A stretch of DNA of 64,000 nucleotides from Nocardioides sp. GTDB taxonomy: Bacteria > Actinomycetota > Actinomycetes > Propionibacteriales > Nocardioidaceae. How positions within the stretch are numbered: position 1 is the stretch's first letter; each line of letters starts with the position of its first letter. A program made the position numbers and the translations under genes. Positions 31,211 to 40,731 of this stretch are shown here, one piece after another. The stretch is from contig JBOFLE010000037.1 of the NCBI GenBank assembly GCA_051657705.1, forward strand, positions 22,033 to 86,032. The letters run 5' to 3'. Below the pieces are notes generated by a model. That model searched no databases and was not told the origin of the DNA. It saw only the letters and a program-made list of their open reading frames with translations.

Positions 31211-32617
31211 ATGTCTGCTAAGCACGCCCCAAGCGAGTATTCATTGACCGACCAGGACAACTCACGGCTCCAGGCCGCCGCCCGCGACCACCTGTGGATG
31301 CACTTCTCCCGGCACTCCGACGATGCCTCGCACGAGATCCCGGTGATCGTCCGAGGCGAGGGCCCCTACATCTGGGACTCCCACGGACGGCGCTACCTGG
31401 ACGGCCTGGCCGGCTTGTTCGTCGGCCAGATCGGACATGGCCGCACCGAGTTGGCCGACGCCGCGGCGAAACAGATGAGCACGCTGGCGTTCCATCCTCT
31501 GTGGTCCTACGCTCACCCGGCCGCGATCGAACTCGCCGAACGCGTCGCGGGATATGCGCCCGGTGATCTCAACCGAGTGTTCTTCACCACTGGCGGCGGC
31601 GACGCGGTGGAATCGGCATGGAAGCTGGCCAAGCACTACTTCAAGCTGACCGGCAAGCCGACCAAACACAAGGTCCTCAGCCGCCACATCGCCTACCACG
31701 GCACCCCGCACGGCGCGCTGTCCATTACCGGTATCCCGGATGTGAAAGCACCGTACGAGCCGCTGGTCCCGTCGACCTTCCGGGTGCCGAACACCAACTT
31801 CTACCGCGCTCCCGAGCACGGCGACGACCTGGAGGCGTTCGGCCGGTGGGCCGCCGACCGGGTCGGCGAGGCGATCGAGTTCGAGGGCCCCGATACCGTG
31901 GCTGCGATCTTCCTCGAGCCGGTGCAGAACGCCGGCGGTTGTTTCCCGCCGCCGCCGGGGTACTTCCAGCGAATTCGCGAGATCTGCGACACCTACGACG
32001 TGCTGCTGGTCTCCGACGAGGTGATCTGCGCCTACGGCAGGCTCGGCTCCATGTTCGGGGCCGAACGCTACGGTTACCAGCCCGACATCATCACCTGCGC
32101 CAAAGGCCTGACCTCGGGCTATTCACCACTTGGCGCGATGATCGCGACCGATCGCCTGATGGAGCCGTTCGTCGGTGGCGCGGAGGTGTTCCTCCACGGC
32201 TACACGTTCGGCGGGCACCCGGTCTCGTGTGCGGTGGCGATGGCCAACCTCGACATCTTCGAGAACGAGGGCCTCAACCAACACGTTCGTGCCAACGAGG
32301 CCGCCTTCCGGGCCACGCTCGAGAAGTTGAAGGATCTGCCGATCGTCGGCGACGTGCGCGGCGACGGCTACTTCTACGGCATCGAGATGGTCAAGGACAA
32401 GGCCACCAAGGAGACCTTCGACGAGGACGAGTCGGAGCGGCTGCTACGCGGGTTCCTCTCGAAGGCGCTCTACGACAACGGGCTCTACTGCCGAGCGGAC
32501 GACCGCGGCGACCCGGTGGTACAGCTCGCACCGCCACTGATCTGCGAGCAGAAACAGTTCGACGAGATGGAGGACATTCTCCGCGTCGTCCTCGACAAGG
32601 CCTGGACGCTACTCTGA
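31211..32617 (+). CDS. Class III (omega-amine/putrescine) aminotransferase
   Basis: HLWMHF; YLDGLAGLF; SDEVICAYGRLG; TCAKGLTSGY; HGYTFGGHPV. Start ATG 31211 with AAGGA RBS. Confidence 0.9.
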   Translation: MSAKHAPSEYSLTDQDNSRLQAAARDHLWMHFSRHSDDASHEIPVIVRGEGPYIWDSHGRRYLDGLAGLFVGQIGHGRTELADAAAKQMSTLAFHPLWSYAHPAAIELAERVAGYAPGDLNRVFFTTGGGDAVESAWKLAKHYFKLTGKPTKHKVLSRHIAYHGTPHGALSITGIPDVKAPYEPLVPSTFRVPNTNFYRAPEHGDDLEAFGRWAADRVGEAIEFEGPDTVAAIFLEPVQNAGGCFPPPPGYFQRIREICDTYDVLLVSDEVICAYGRLGSMFGAERYGYQPDIITCAKGLTSGYSPLGAMIATDRLMEPFVGGAEVFLHGYTFGGHPVSCAVAMANLDIFENEGLNQHVRANEAAFRATLEKLKDLPIVGDVRGDGYFYGIEMVKDKATKETFDEDESERLLRGFLSKALYDNGLYCRADDRGDPVVQLAPPLICEQKQFDEMEDILRVVLDKAWTLL

Positions 32618-32645
32618 GGCTCTTCCGCTAGATCGCCCGAGTAGG

Positions 32646-32680
32646 TCGTCCGGAGATTGCTCAAGAGATCGTCCGGACGA
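32646..32680. terminator. Hairpin between convergent genes
   Basis: TCGTCCGGA...TCCGGACGA, 9-bp arms. Confidence 0.5.
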
Positions 32681-32688
32681 TTGCACAG

Positions 32689-32901
32689 TCAGCTCCGCAA
32701 GAGTTCGGAGGCCGGCGCGGACTCGAACTCGTCACTCCGGTCATCGATCACCTCGGGCCACACCTCGACTCCCTTGCGCAGCGCCCCGGACAACCACGGC
32801 GCGGCCGCCAACTCCGCACCCCGGTGCGGATAGGCCACGTAGGTGACCACGATGCCGGCGAGGGAAAGGATCAGGCACATGAGCATGACGAGCGTTAACA
32901 A
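32689..32901 (-). CDS. Small single-pass membrane protein
   Basis: TTG start after GGGGGACAGG; LLTLVMLMCLILSLAGIVVTYVAYPHRG hydrophobic helix followed by an acidic tail. Confidence 0.6.
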   Translation of the reverse strand: MLTLVMLMCLILSLAGIVVTYVAYPHRGAELAAAPWLSGALRKGVEVWPEVIDDRSDEFESAPASELLRS

Positions 32902-33063
32902 GAACCTGTCCCCCAATGAGACGAGATAGAAGGCCGAAAGGAACGGAGGAGTCCGAGAGATCGAGGGGATTCCTACGACGTGGGCCAAGCTTGACACAGC
33001 GGCCCAGACCGCCTCAAGTCGTGGCCCTGTCGCGTCGGTCACATGAGGTTGGCGATCGGCGGC

Positions 33064-36000
33064 TCAGCCGACCGGCACCGGCTCGGACTCCCGGAGCCGC
33101 TGGGAGATCACCGTCGACACCCCGTCGCCCCGCATCGTCACGCCGTAGAGGGCGTCACCGACCTCCATGGTGCGCTTCTGATGGGTGATCACGACCAGTT
33201 GGGAATTCTCGCGTAGCTCCTCATAGATCTCCAAGAGCCGGCCCAGGTTGGTGTCGTCGAGCGCGGCCTCGACCTCGTCGAGGATGTAGAACGGCGACGG
33301 ACGCGCCTTGAACAGCGACACCAGGAAGGCCACGGCGACCAGCGATCGTTCGCCTCCGGACAACAAGGACAGCCGCTTGATCTTCTTACCTGCCGGTCGC
33401 GCCTCGACCTCGATCCCGGTGGTCAGCATGTCGCCGGGATCGGTCAGCACCAAACGGCCTTCACCGCCGGGAAACAGCCGGGCGAAAGTCTCCGTGAACG
33501 CCGCCTCTACGTCGGAGTAGGCGTCGGCGAAGACCCGGAGAACCTGCTCGTCGACCTCCCGGATGATCTCCCACAGGTCCCGCCGAGTCAGCTTGAGATC
33601 CTCGATCTGCTCGGTCAGGAAGGCGTGCCGCTCCTCCATCGCGGTGAATTCCTCCAGCGCCAGCGGATTGACCCGGCCGAGCATGGCCAGCTTCCGCTCG
33701 GCGGCACGCAGCCGTTTGGCCTGCTCGTCCCGGTCGTACGCCGTCGGCGCGGGCGTTTCCTCCCCCTCGGCGAGGAGACCTGAGAAGGGAATCAACTGGT
33801 CCGGCCCGTAGTCGCTCATCAAGGTCTCCGGGTCCAGACCGAGTTCTTCTCGCGCGCGTTCCTCCAGTTGTTCCAAACGCATCCGCTGCTGAGTACGGGC
33901 CATCTCGTCGCGGTGAACCGAACTCACCAGTTCTTCGTGTTGCCGGGTGAGTTCTCTCATGGTCTCCCGGACCGAGAGCAGGTCTCGCTCGCGCACCGCT
34001 CGGCCGCGCTCGACCTCCGCGCGCTCGCCGGTGGCAAGCCCGATGGACGACTCCAGGTGATACAGCACGCGCTCGACCACCGCGGCGACCGCGGCGGCCA
34101 CCGCGCCCTCGCGGATCAGCCGCATTCGGCGTTCAGCCGCCTTCGCGCGACTCTCCCGCTCGACGGCCGCGGTTCGACGGACGGTCTCCGCACGCCCCTG
34201 GAGTGCCCGGGCCCGCTCTTCGAGCGTTCGCAGCCCCAGCCGGGCGTCCATCTCGTTCTGCCGGGCCGCGCGTGCGTCCTCAGCGGTGCGTTCCCGGTCG
34301 CCGGTATCGGGCTCGTCCTCCACGACGTCCTGGGCGGCCGCCAGTCGGGCCTCCCACTCGCTCAGCCCCGTCAGGTCGACATCGCGAGCCGCGATCGCCT
34401 GCTCGATCGCGGTCGCCAACCGGTCTGCCTCACCCCGCGCCGCACGGGCCAGCGATCCCAGATGCCCGAGTTCCTCGGCGACGGCCGCGAGTGTGGCGTC
34501 GGACTCGTGTAGGCGGGCCAGCGCGGATTCGGTCCGAGCGGCCGCGTCCAGGCGCTTGCCCTCCAGCTCGGCCGCGGCGAAGGTGAGCCGCTCGATGTCC
34601 GCCGACATCGAGCGCACACTCTCGGCCGTGTCGTCGTAGGCGACCTGCGCTTCGAGCAGCGTCTGTCGATTCGAGGACCCGCCGGCGACAACGTGCCGGG
34701 CCCATATCTCGCCTGCTTTGGTGACCGCGATCAGCTCCGGATGCGCCGCGACGAACTCGCGAGCTTGATCGACGGTGTCCACGATCACCGTGCTGCCGAG
34801 CACGGCGTCGAGTGCCGGTCGCACGGACGTCGAGGCATCGACCACGGCCGGTGCATGGACGGCCCACTCGGGCAACTCGGTCGGGACTTCGACGCTCTCA
34901 CCGGAGTGGGCGACCAGCAACGCCGCATGGCCGAGGTCGGCGCCGTGAAGGTGGCGCAGCGCACCGATAGCGGCCTCGTCGTCGCTGACGACCACGGCAT
35001 CGGCCACCGGACCGAGCGCGGCCGCGACCGCCGTCTGGAAACCGGACCGAACCCGAAGCAGGCCCGCCACCGATCCGAGCAGGCCGGACAGCTCCGGCAC
35101 CGACCCGGATCCGGCCAGCAACGCGCTGGCGCCGTCCTTCCGGTTGAGCGCGAGTTCCAGCGCGTCGAGGCGGCCACGCAGGGCGCCGCGCTCACGTTCG
35201 GCGGCGGCGAGCTCCTCCTTCAGGGCAATGCCTCGCTCGGTCAACTCGTCGAGATCCAGGCTGGCGGTCTCGTGCTCGGCGTCCAGTCCCTCCTCGCCCG
35301 CGTCCAGGCCCGCGATCTTGGTCTCCAGAGACGTGAAGTCCTTCTCGGCGCGTTCGGCTCGTGCCGACGCGTCCGCCTGCGCGAGTCTCAGGCGGCCGAC
35401 CTCGTCCTCGGCCGCGGCTGCCCGAGACTTCAGCGCGTTCACCTCTCCGTGCAGCCGGGCCAGGCCTTCCCTACGGTCGGCGGCGGCCCGCTGCAGGCTC
35501 GCCACCCGGCGGTCTTCGGCATCCGCCGCGTCCTCGGCGACCCGGCGAGCCACCACCGTGGCTTCGAGATCCGCCCGGTACTCTCGCACCTCGCCGGCGA
35601 TCGCGGCCTCCTGTTCGGCGAGCCGTTCCGCCTCCGCCTCCAGCTCCGCCGGGTCCGGCCCGGACGGCCCCGCTTCGGCTTCGACGCCGTGCGCGTTGCG
35701 CATCCTCTCAGCGGCCAGCGAACCGGTGCCGAGGAGGCGCTCACGGAGGCCGGACAGGCCGAACCAGGTCTCCTGTGCCTTGGCCAACGCCGGCAAGTCG
35801 TCACGGAGGGCAACCTCGAGCTCGGCCTCCGCGGCGCGAGCCTCCGCCAGCGCCTGCTCCACCTCGGCGCGCCGCTCGATCAGGATCGTCTCGTCGGCGA
35901 GTTCCTGCGACATGACCGCGTGCACCCCGACGATGTCGTCGGCGAGCAATCGGGCCCTGGCGTCCCGTAGGTCGGCTTGCACCACCGACGCCTGCCGGGC

Positions 36001-36633
36001 GACCTCCGCCTGCCTGCCCAGCGGCTTGAGCTGGCGCCGAATCTCCCCGAGCAGGTCGCTCAAGCGAGTCAGGTTCCCGTCCGTCGACTCCAGCTTGCGA
36101 AGCGCCTTCTCCTTGCGCTTGCGATGCTTGAGCACACCGGCGGCCTCTTCGATGAATCCGCGCCGATCCTCGGCGGTGGCATGCAAGACGCTGTCCAGCT
36201 GCCCCTGCCCCACCACGACGTGCATCTCCCGGCCGATCCCCGAGTCGCTGAGCAGCTCTTGAACGTCGAGCAGTCGGCACTGCGTACCGTTGATCGCATA
36301 CTCCGAACCGCCGCTGCGGAACATGGTCCGGCTGATCGTCACTTCGGCGTACTCGATCGGCAAGGCGCCGTCGGTGTTGTCGATGGTCAGCGACACCTCG
36401 GCCCGTCCGAGCGGTGGACGACCGGCCGTACCGGCGAAGATGACATCCTCCATCTTGCCGCCGCGCAGTGACTTGGCACCCTGCTCGCCCATCACCCACG
36501 CCAGCGCGTCGACGACGTTGGACTTGCCCGAACCGTTCGGGCCGACCACACAGGTGATTCCCGGCTCCAGATGCAAGGTGGTGGCCGAGGCAAAGGACTT
36601 GAAGCCCTTCAGCGTCAGGCTCTTGAGATACAA
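33064..36633 (-). CDS. smc: Chromosome segregation protein SMC
   Basis: LKGFKSF; GPNGSGKSN Walker A; coiled coils and hinge; LSGGERS signature; LDEVEAALD. Confidence 0.98.
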   Translation of the reverse strand: MYLKSLTLKGFKSFASATTLHLEPGITCVVGPNGSGKSNVVDALAWVMGEQGAKSLRGGKMEDVIFAGTAGRPPLGRAEVSLTIDNTDGALPIEYAEVTISRTMFRSGGSEYAINGTQCRLLDVQELLSDSGIGREMHVVVGQGQLDSVLHATAEDRRGFIEEAAGVLKHRKRKEKALRKLESTDGNLTRLSDLLGEIRRQLKPLGRQAEVARQASVVQADLRDARARLLADDIVGVHAVMSQELADETILIERRAEVEQALAEARAAEAELEVALRDDLPALAKAQETWFGLSGLRERLLGTGSLAAERMRNAHGVEAEAGPSGPDPAELEAEAERLAEQEAAIAGEVREYRADLEATVVARRVAEDAADAEDRRVASLQRAAADRREGLARLHGEVNALKSRAAAAEDEVGRLRLAQADASARAERAEKDFTSLETKIAGLDAGEEGLDAEHETASLDLDELTERGIALKEELAAAERERGALRGRLDALELALNRKDGASALLAGSGSVPELSGLLGSVAGLLRVRSGFQTAVAAALGPVADAVVVSDDEAAIGALRHLHGADLGHAALLVAHSGESVEVPTELPEWAVHAPAVVDASTSVRPALDAVLGSTVIVDTVDQAREFVAAHPELIAVTKAGEIWARHVVAGGSSNRQTLLEAQVAYDDTAESVRSMSADIERLTFAAAELEGKRLDAAARTESALARLHESDATLAAVAEELGHLGSLARAARGEADRLATAIEQAIAARDVDLTGLSEWEARLAAAQDVVEDEPDTGDRERTAEDARAARQNEMDARLGLRTLEERARALQGRAETVRRTAAVERESRAKAAERRMRLIREGAVAAAVAAVVERVLYHLESSIGLATGERAEVERGRAVRERDLLSVRETMRELTRQHEELVSSVHRDEMARTQQRMRLEQLEERAREELGLDPETLMSDYGPDQLIPFSGLLAEGEETPAPTAYDRDEQAKRLRAAERKLAMLGRVNPLALEEFTAMEERHAFLTEQIEDLKLTRRDLWEIIREVDEQVLRVFADAYSDVEAAFTETFARLFPGGEGRLVLTDPGDMLTTGIEVEARPAGKKIKRLSLLSGGERSLVAVAFLVSLFKARPSPFYILDEVEAALDDTNLGRLLEIYEELRENSQLVVITHQKRTMEVGDALYGVTMRGDGVSTVISQRLRESEPVPVG

Positions 36634-36837
36634 CGCGACTCCTTAGGCGCAGGCGACGCGGAACAGCCTAAGCCTGGATCCGCCGAATCGCCGTTTGCCG
36701 CGCACCGCCGGGCGGGTGTTGGCACCGTGTCGACGCTGTGTTTGCAAGGGAGCACAGCCACGGACTCGCCGTCCCACCAATGTTCCACGGTCTAACGGGC
36801 ATGCCGGATCGGCTCAGGACCGTGTCGTGCGGGACCC

Positions 36838-36857
36838 GCCTCGGAGCGCTCCGAGGC
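36838..36857. terminator. Perfect 20-bp palindrome GCCTCGGAGCGCTCCGAGGC
   Basis: Lies 20 bp past the stop of the 67-aa gene. Confidence 0.5.
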
Positions 36858-36876
36858 AAGATTGATTCAGCGTGAC

Positions 36877-37080
36877 TCAGGCAGGTTGCATCTCGGGGTG
36901 GTGAACCGCGGCGATCTCCGCCTCGGTCAACCGGCCGGCGAGGCGATCGTTCTCCTCTGCCAGGCGCAGCACCACCGTCTCCAGATCGCTGATCCTTGCC
37001 CGCAACCGCCGGTTCTCATTCACCAGAGTGGAGGCCACGGGGCCATCGGTGGTGAGGTGACCGAGCAGTGCTTTGGCCAT
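36877..37080 (-). CDS. Conserved actinobacterial small coiled-coil protein
   Basis: MAKALLGHL...ENRRLRARISDLETVVLRLAEENDRL; AAGGG RBS. I recall similar proteins between fpg and smc in other actinobacteria. Confidence 0.75.
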   Translation of the reverse strand: MAKALLGHLTTDGPVASTLVNENRRLRARISDLETVVLRLAEENDRLAGRLTEAEIAAVHHPEMQPA

Positions 37081-37180
37081 GGGACAGCCCTTTCCGACGT
37101 TTGTTGATTTGGAATCTGCGTTTCGGCCACGAGCGGTGCGCTAGGACCGTCTCTAAGCGTCCCACCAGATCTCCCCTGGG

Positions 37181-38047
37181 TCAATTCTCCACCCGGCTCT
37201 TGCGCGGCGCGCGCTGGCAAATCGGGCAGAAGTACGACGAGCGGTTCATGAAGGCTCGACGTCGGATCGCCGAGCCACAACGGGGGCACGGGAGTCCTTC
37301 CTGGCCATAGGCGTTGAGCGATCGATCGAAGTACCCGGACTGCCCGTTGACGTCCACATAGAGCGCGTCGAACGACGTGCCTCCCTGCCCCAGAGCATCG
37401 GACATCACCGCTCTGGCCTGACCGAGCAAGCCCCGGACCGCAGTACCGGAAAGCCGGCTGCCGGCCCGTTCGTAGTGGATCCGGGCGCGCCACAGGGCCT
37501 CGTCCGCGTAGATGTTGCCGATGCCGGAGACCAGTGTCTGATCAAGCAGCAGCCGCTTGATACCCGAGGACCGCCGCCGAACCCGCCGGACGAAGTCGTC
37601 CTCGTCGAACTCCGGATCCAGCGGGTCCCGGGCGATGTGGGCGATCTCGGCCGGCAGTTCGGCGCCACCGCTGGAGACCAGCAGTGCCCCGAACATGCGT
37701 TGATCGACGAATCTGAGCTCGCGGTCGGCCGAGCCCCGGCGAAGCTCGAACCTGACCCGCAGATGGCGCTCGTCGGCAGCGCCGGGGGCAGCGATCAGCA
37801 ACTGCCCGCTCATCCCCAAGTGACCCAGGAGCGCGTCACCGTTGTCGAGTCCCAGCCAGAGATACTTGCCGCGCCGCCGGACGGCCTCGATCCGGCGTCC
37901 CACCAACGTCGCTCGGAAGCCGGCCGGGCCGCGCGGATCGCGGCGAGTCGAGCGCGGATGGAGCACCGCGACATCCCGCACCGACCAGGTCACGATGTGG
38001 CGCTCCAGGCCCGCGCGCACCACCTCGACCTCGGGCAGCTCAGGCAT
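37181..38047 (-). CDS. mutM: Formamidopyrimidine-DNA glycosylase
   Basis: MPELPEVE; RRGKYL; HLGMSGQ; GIGNIYADE; CPRC...CPIC zinc finger. Confidence 0.97.
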   Translation of the reverse strand: MPELPEVEVVRAGLERHIVTWSVRDVAVLHPRSTRRDPRGPAGFRATLVGRRIEAVRRRGKYLWLGLDNGDALLGHLGMSGQLLIAAPGAADERHLRVRFELRRGSADRELRFVDQRMFGALLVSSGGAELPAEIAHIARDPLDPEFDEDDFVRRVRRRSSGIKRLLLDQTLVSGIGNIYADEALWRARIHYERAGSRLSGTAVRGLLGQARAVMSDALGQGGTSFDALYVDVNGQSGYFDRSLNAYGQEGLPCPRCGSAIRRRAFMNRSSYFCPICQRAPRKSRVEN

Positions 38048-38077
38048 TGCCGGGACTCCGGCGGACACCCGGCGAAC

Positions 38078-38770
38078 TCAACGAACCGACGCTGTTTCCA
38101 GCTCGCCGTAGGCGGTCTCGGCGGCGAACTGCTCGGCCTCCTTCTTCGAGCGGCCGATGCCGTGGCCGTAGAGCGTGTCGCCGACGCGCACTTGTGCCGT
38201 GAACGTCTTCATGTGATCGGGACCTTTGTCGGTGATCACGTACTCGGGAACTCCCAGGGACCGAGCCGCCGCCAGTTCCTGTAGTGAGGTCTTCCAGTCC
38301 AACCCCGCTCCGAGCGCGGCAGCCGCCTCCATCCGGGCATCGAACAAGAGGTGGACGACCTCCGCGGCAGTCGTGATTCCCGCGGACACGTGCACCGCGC
38401 CGATCAGTGCCTCGACCGTGTCGGAGAGGATCGATGCCTTGTCCCGACCACCGGTGGACTCTTCCCCACGACCCAGCTTGATGTGCTTGCCCAGCCCGAT
38501 CTTGCGTCCGACATCGGCAAGTGCTCGAGCGTTGACGACCGCCGCGCGAAGCTTGGCCAGCCGCCCTTCGGAGAGGTCCGGATGCGCCCGGTAGAGAGTC
38601 TCGGTGACGATGACGCCGAGCACGGAGTCGCCCAGGAACTCAAGGCGCTCGTTGGTCGGCAGGCCGCCGTTCTCATAGGCGAATGACCGATGGGTCAAGG
38701 CGCGTTCGAGAAGCTCGGGATCCAGGTCCGGGTTCCCCAGGCGATCGCGGAGGTCGGGGTAGGTGCTCAG
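38078..38770 (-). CDS. rnc: Ribonuclease III (apparent CTG start)
   Basis: ALTHRS; [13 protein letters not shown]; DTVEALIGA; ds[11 protein letters not shown]. There is no ATG/GTG/TTG between the rpmF stop and the conserved region. Confidence 0.93.
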   Translation of the reverse strand: MSTYPDLRDRLGNPDLDPELLERALTHRSFAYENGGLPTNERLEFLGDSVLGVIVTETLYRAHPDLSEGRLAKLRAAVVNARALADVGRKIGLGKHIKLGRGEESTGGRDKASILSDTVEALIGAVHVSAGITTAAEVVHLLFDARMEAAAALGAGLDWKTSLQELAAARSLGVPEYVITDKGPDHMKTFTAQVRVGDTLYGHGIGRSKKEAEQFAAETAYGELETASVR

Positions 38771-38793
38771 GAGACGGCGCTCGGAGTCGGCGG

Positions 38794-38979
38794 CTAGAGG
38801 ACCTGGCGCCGCTCGGACCTGGCGCCGTACTGACCGCACTGACCGCACGCACGATGCGGCAGGTGCTTGGCACCACAGGCCGGGTTGGCACACGTGGTCA
38901 GCGTCGGCACCACTGCCTTCCACTGCGAGCGACGGTGTCGCGTGTTGCTGCGCGACATCTTTCGCTTGGGTACTGCCAC
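38794..38979 (-). CDS. rpmF: 50S ribosomal protein L32 (zinc-binding form)
   Basis: [20 protein letters not shown]...CANPAC...PHRACGQCG. Confidence 0.96.
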   Translation of the reverse strand: MAVPKRKMSRSNTRHRRSQWKAVVPTLTTCANPACGAKHLPHRACGQCGQYGARSERRQVL

Positions 38980-39029
38980 GGTCTTCTCCTCATCGATCGT
39001 CTGTCACTCGGGCCGTTCGGTCATTCAGG

Positions 39030-39614
39030 TCACGCGGGTCGTTCAGGACCGGATCTCGACTCATGCAGGCTCACGAGCGAGGCCCACCGTGGGTCGATGG
39101 CCGCTTCATGCGCATGACCTTGATCCTCGGCGAGCCGAGTCCCGCACTCGGGACACAGCCCGGGGCAGTCATCCGCGCAAAGCGGTTGGAACGGCAGCGC
39201 AAGCACCACCGAGTCCCGGATCAGGGGTTCGAGATCGATCAGATCGCCCTCGAGCCGCCGAACATCGAGGCCGTCGTCGGCGTGGTTCTCGGGTGCGTCA
39301 TACGCATAGAACTCCCGGAGCTCGATCGCAACGCTCTCATCGACCGGCGCCAGGCATCGCACACACTCACCCACGGCGTCGGCAGCCGCCGAGCCGCTGA
39401 CCAGGACACCTTCCATGACCGCTTCGAGCAGCAGATCCAACCGAATCGGCGCGCTCTCCGGGACACGGAGTACCTCGATACCCAGACCTGCTGGAGCCGG
39501 GGCCGATCGAGAAACGTTGCGCGAGGACCCCGGGCGGCGGCCGAGCTCGCGAGTGTCGAGCACGAGCGGCGCTCTCGGGTCCAGGCTGATCAACGTGTCA
39601 CTTCCGGTCCACAA
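39030..39614 (-). CDS. yceD: YceD/DUF177 family protein
   Basis: ECVRCL...IDLEPLIRDSVVLALPFQPLCADDCPGLCPECG...IDPRWASL. Confidence 0.9.
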   Translation of the reverse strand: MWTGSDTLISLDPRAPLVLDTRELGRRPGSSRNVSRSAPAPAGLGIEVLRVPESAPIRLDLLLEAVMEGVLVSGSAAADAVGECVRCLAPVDESVAIELREFYAYDAPENHADDGLDVRRLEGDLIDLEPLIRDSVVLALPFQPLCADDCPGLCPECGTRLAEDQGHAHEAAIDPRWASLVSLHESRSGPERPA

Positions 39615-39683
39615 GCACAGCAGATTCGCGAAATCCTAACGCGCTGCGGCCGGAGCGGCAAACCGCCTCGGCCGGTGGCGGAT

Positions 39684-40160
39684 CTAGGCGACGTCGAACT
39701 TGGCCAGGAGTCGTCGGTGCACCGACGGCGAGAGGAACTCGGATACGTCGCCGCCCAGCGAGGCAACTTCCTTGATCAGGCTCGAGGACACGAACCCGTA
39801 GGTCGGACTGGCCGGCACCAAGATGGTCTCTACTCCGGTCAGGTGCGCGTTCATGTGAGCCATCTGACGCTCGAAGTCCACATCGCTGGCGCTCCGGACG
39901 CCCTTGAGTAGAGCGACCGCTCCCCGTTCCCGGCAGAAGTCGGTCAACAAGCCGACGAAGCCGACCACTTCGACCGTAGGCATCGGGGCGCATGCCTCGA
40001 TCAGCATCTCGATCCGCTCGTCCGCCGAGAACAGCCGCGCCTTGGCGGGGTTGGTGCCGACAGCCACCACGACCTGATCGAACAGTGCGGTGGCCCGCTC
40101 GATCACATCGAGATGACCCAATGTCACCGGGTCGAAGGACCCCGGGCAGACCACTCGCAT
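39684..40160 (-). CDS. coaD: Phosphopantetheine adenylyltransferase
   Basis: MRVVCPGSFDPVTLGHLDVI; KGVRSASDVDFE; VSSSLIKEVA. Start corrected to 40160. Confidence 0.96.
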   Translation of the reverse strand: MRVVCPGSFDPVTLGHLDVIERATALFDQVVVAVGTNPAKARLFSADERIEMLIEACAPMPTVEVVGFVGLLTDFCRERGAVALLKGVRSASDVDFERQMAHMNAHLTGVETILVPASPTYGFVSSSLIKEVASLGGDVSEFLSPSVHRRLLAKFDVA

Positions 40161-40170
40161 CTCCTGCTCC

Positions 40171-40731
40171 TCAGATAGTCTCGCCGAACCAGAGCGCGGT
40201 CTCACCGTAACGCCTGTGCCAGGTCGCCCGGATGCCCGCCGGCCAGTCGGGAGCCCGGCTCCGGCTGGACCGTTCGAGCACGACCAGCGAATCATCGGCC
40301 AACCAACCCCCGGTGACGACGAGTTCGAGCAGACCGTCGACATCGTCGTCACCGTGTGCGTACGGCGGGTCGCCGAACACCACGTCGTACGGCGCGACCG
40401 GCCGGCGCCGCAGCACGGACCCGACGTCGAGCGGCCACACGTCGGGCGCGGCGAAGCCGATCTGGGTGGCGTTGCCCTGGAGCAGCGTCGCGGTACGACG
40501 GTCGCGCTCGACGAAGGTGACGAAGTCCGCGCCGCGCGACCATGCCTCGAGACCGACCGCACCCGAGCCGGCAAACAGATCCAGAAAGCGCTGGCCGGCG
40601 AGCGAGCCGTGCCGCGACTCGATCGCGGAGAACAGGGCCTCCCGCACTCGATCGGTGGTCGGCCTCGTCGAGTCGCCGCTCGGGGTCTTGAGCCGGCGCC
40701 CCCGCGCCCGGCCGGCGATGATCCGGGTCAT
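40171..40731 (-). CDS. rsmD: 16S rRNA (guanine966-N2)-methyltransferase
   Basis: MTRIIAG...TRPTTDRVREALF; LDLFAGSGAVGLEA; DPPY; RYGET. Confidence 0.95.
   Translation of the reverse strand: MTRIIAGRARGRRLKTPSGDSTRPTTDRVREALFSAIESRHGSLAGQRFLDLFAGSGAVGLEAWSRGADFVTFVERDRRTATLLQGNATQIGFAAPDVWPLDVGSVLRRRPVAPYDVVFGDPPYAHGDDDVDGLLELVVTGGWLADDSLVVLERSSRSRAPDWPAGIRATWHRRYGETALWFGETI

Noticed and set aside
38799-38828. 13-bp direct repeat GGACCTGGCGCCG at the end of rpmF
   Set aside because: It is short, GC-rich and inside coding sequence, with no further copies seen.
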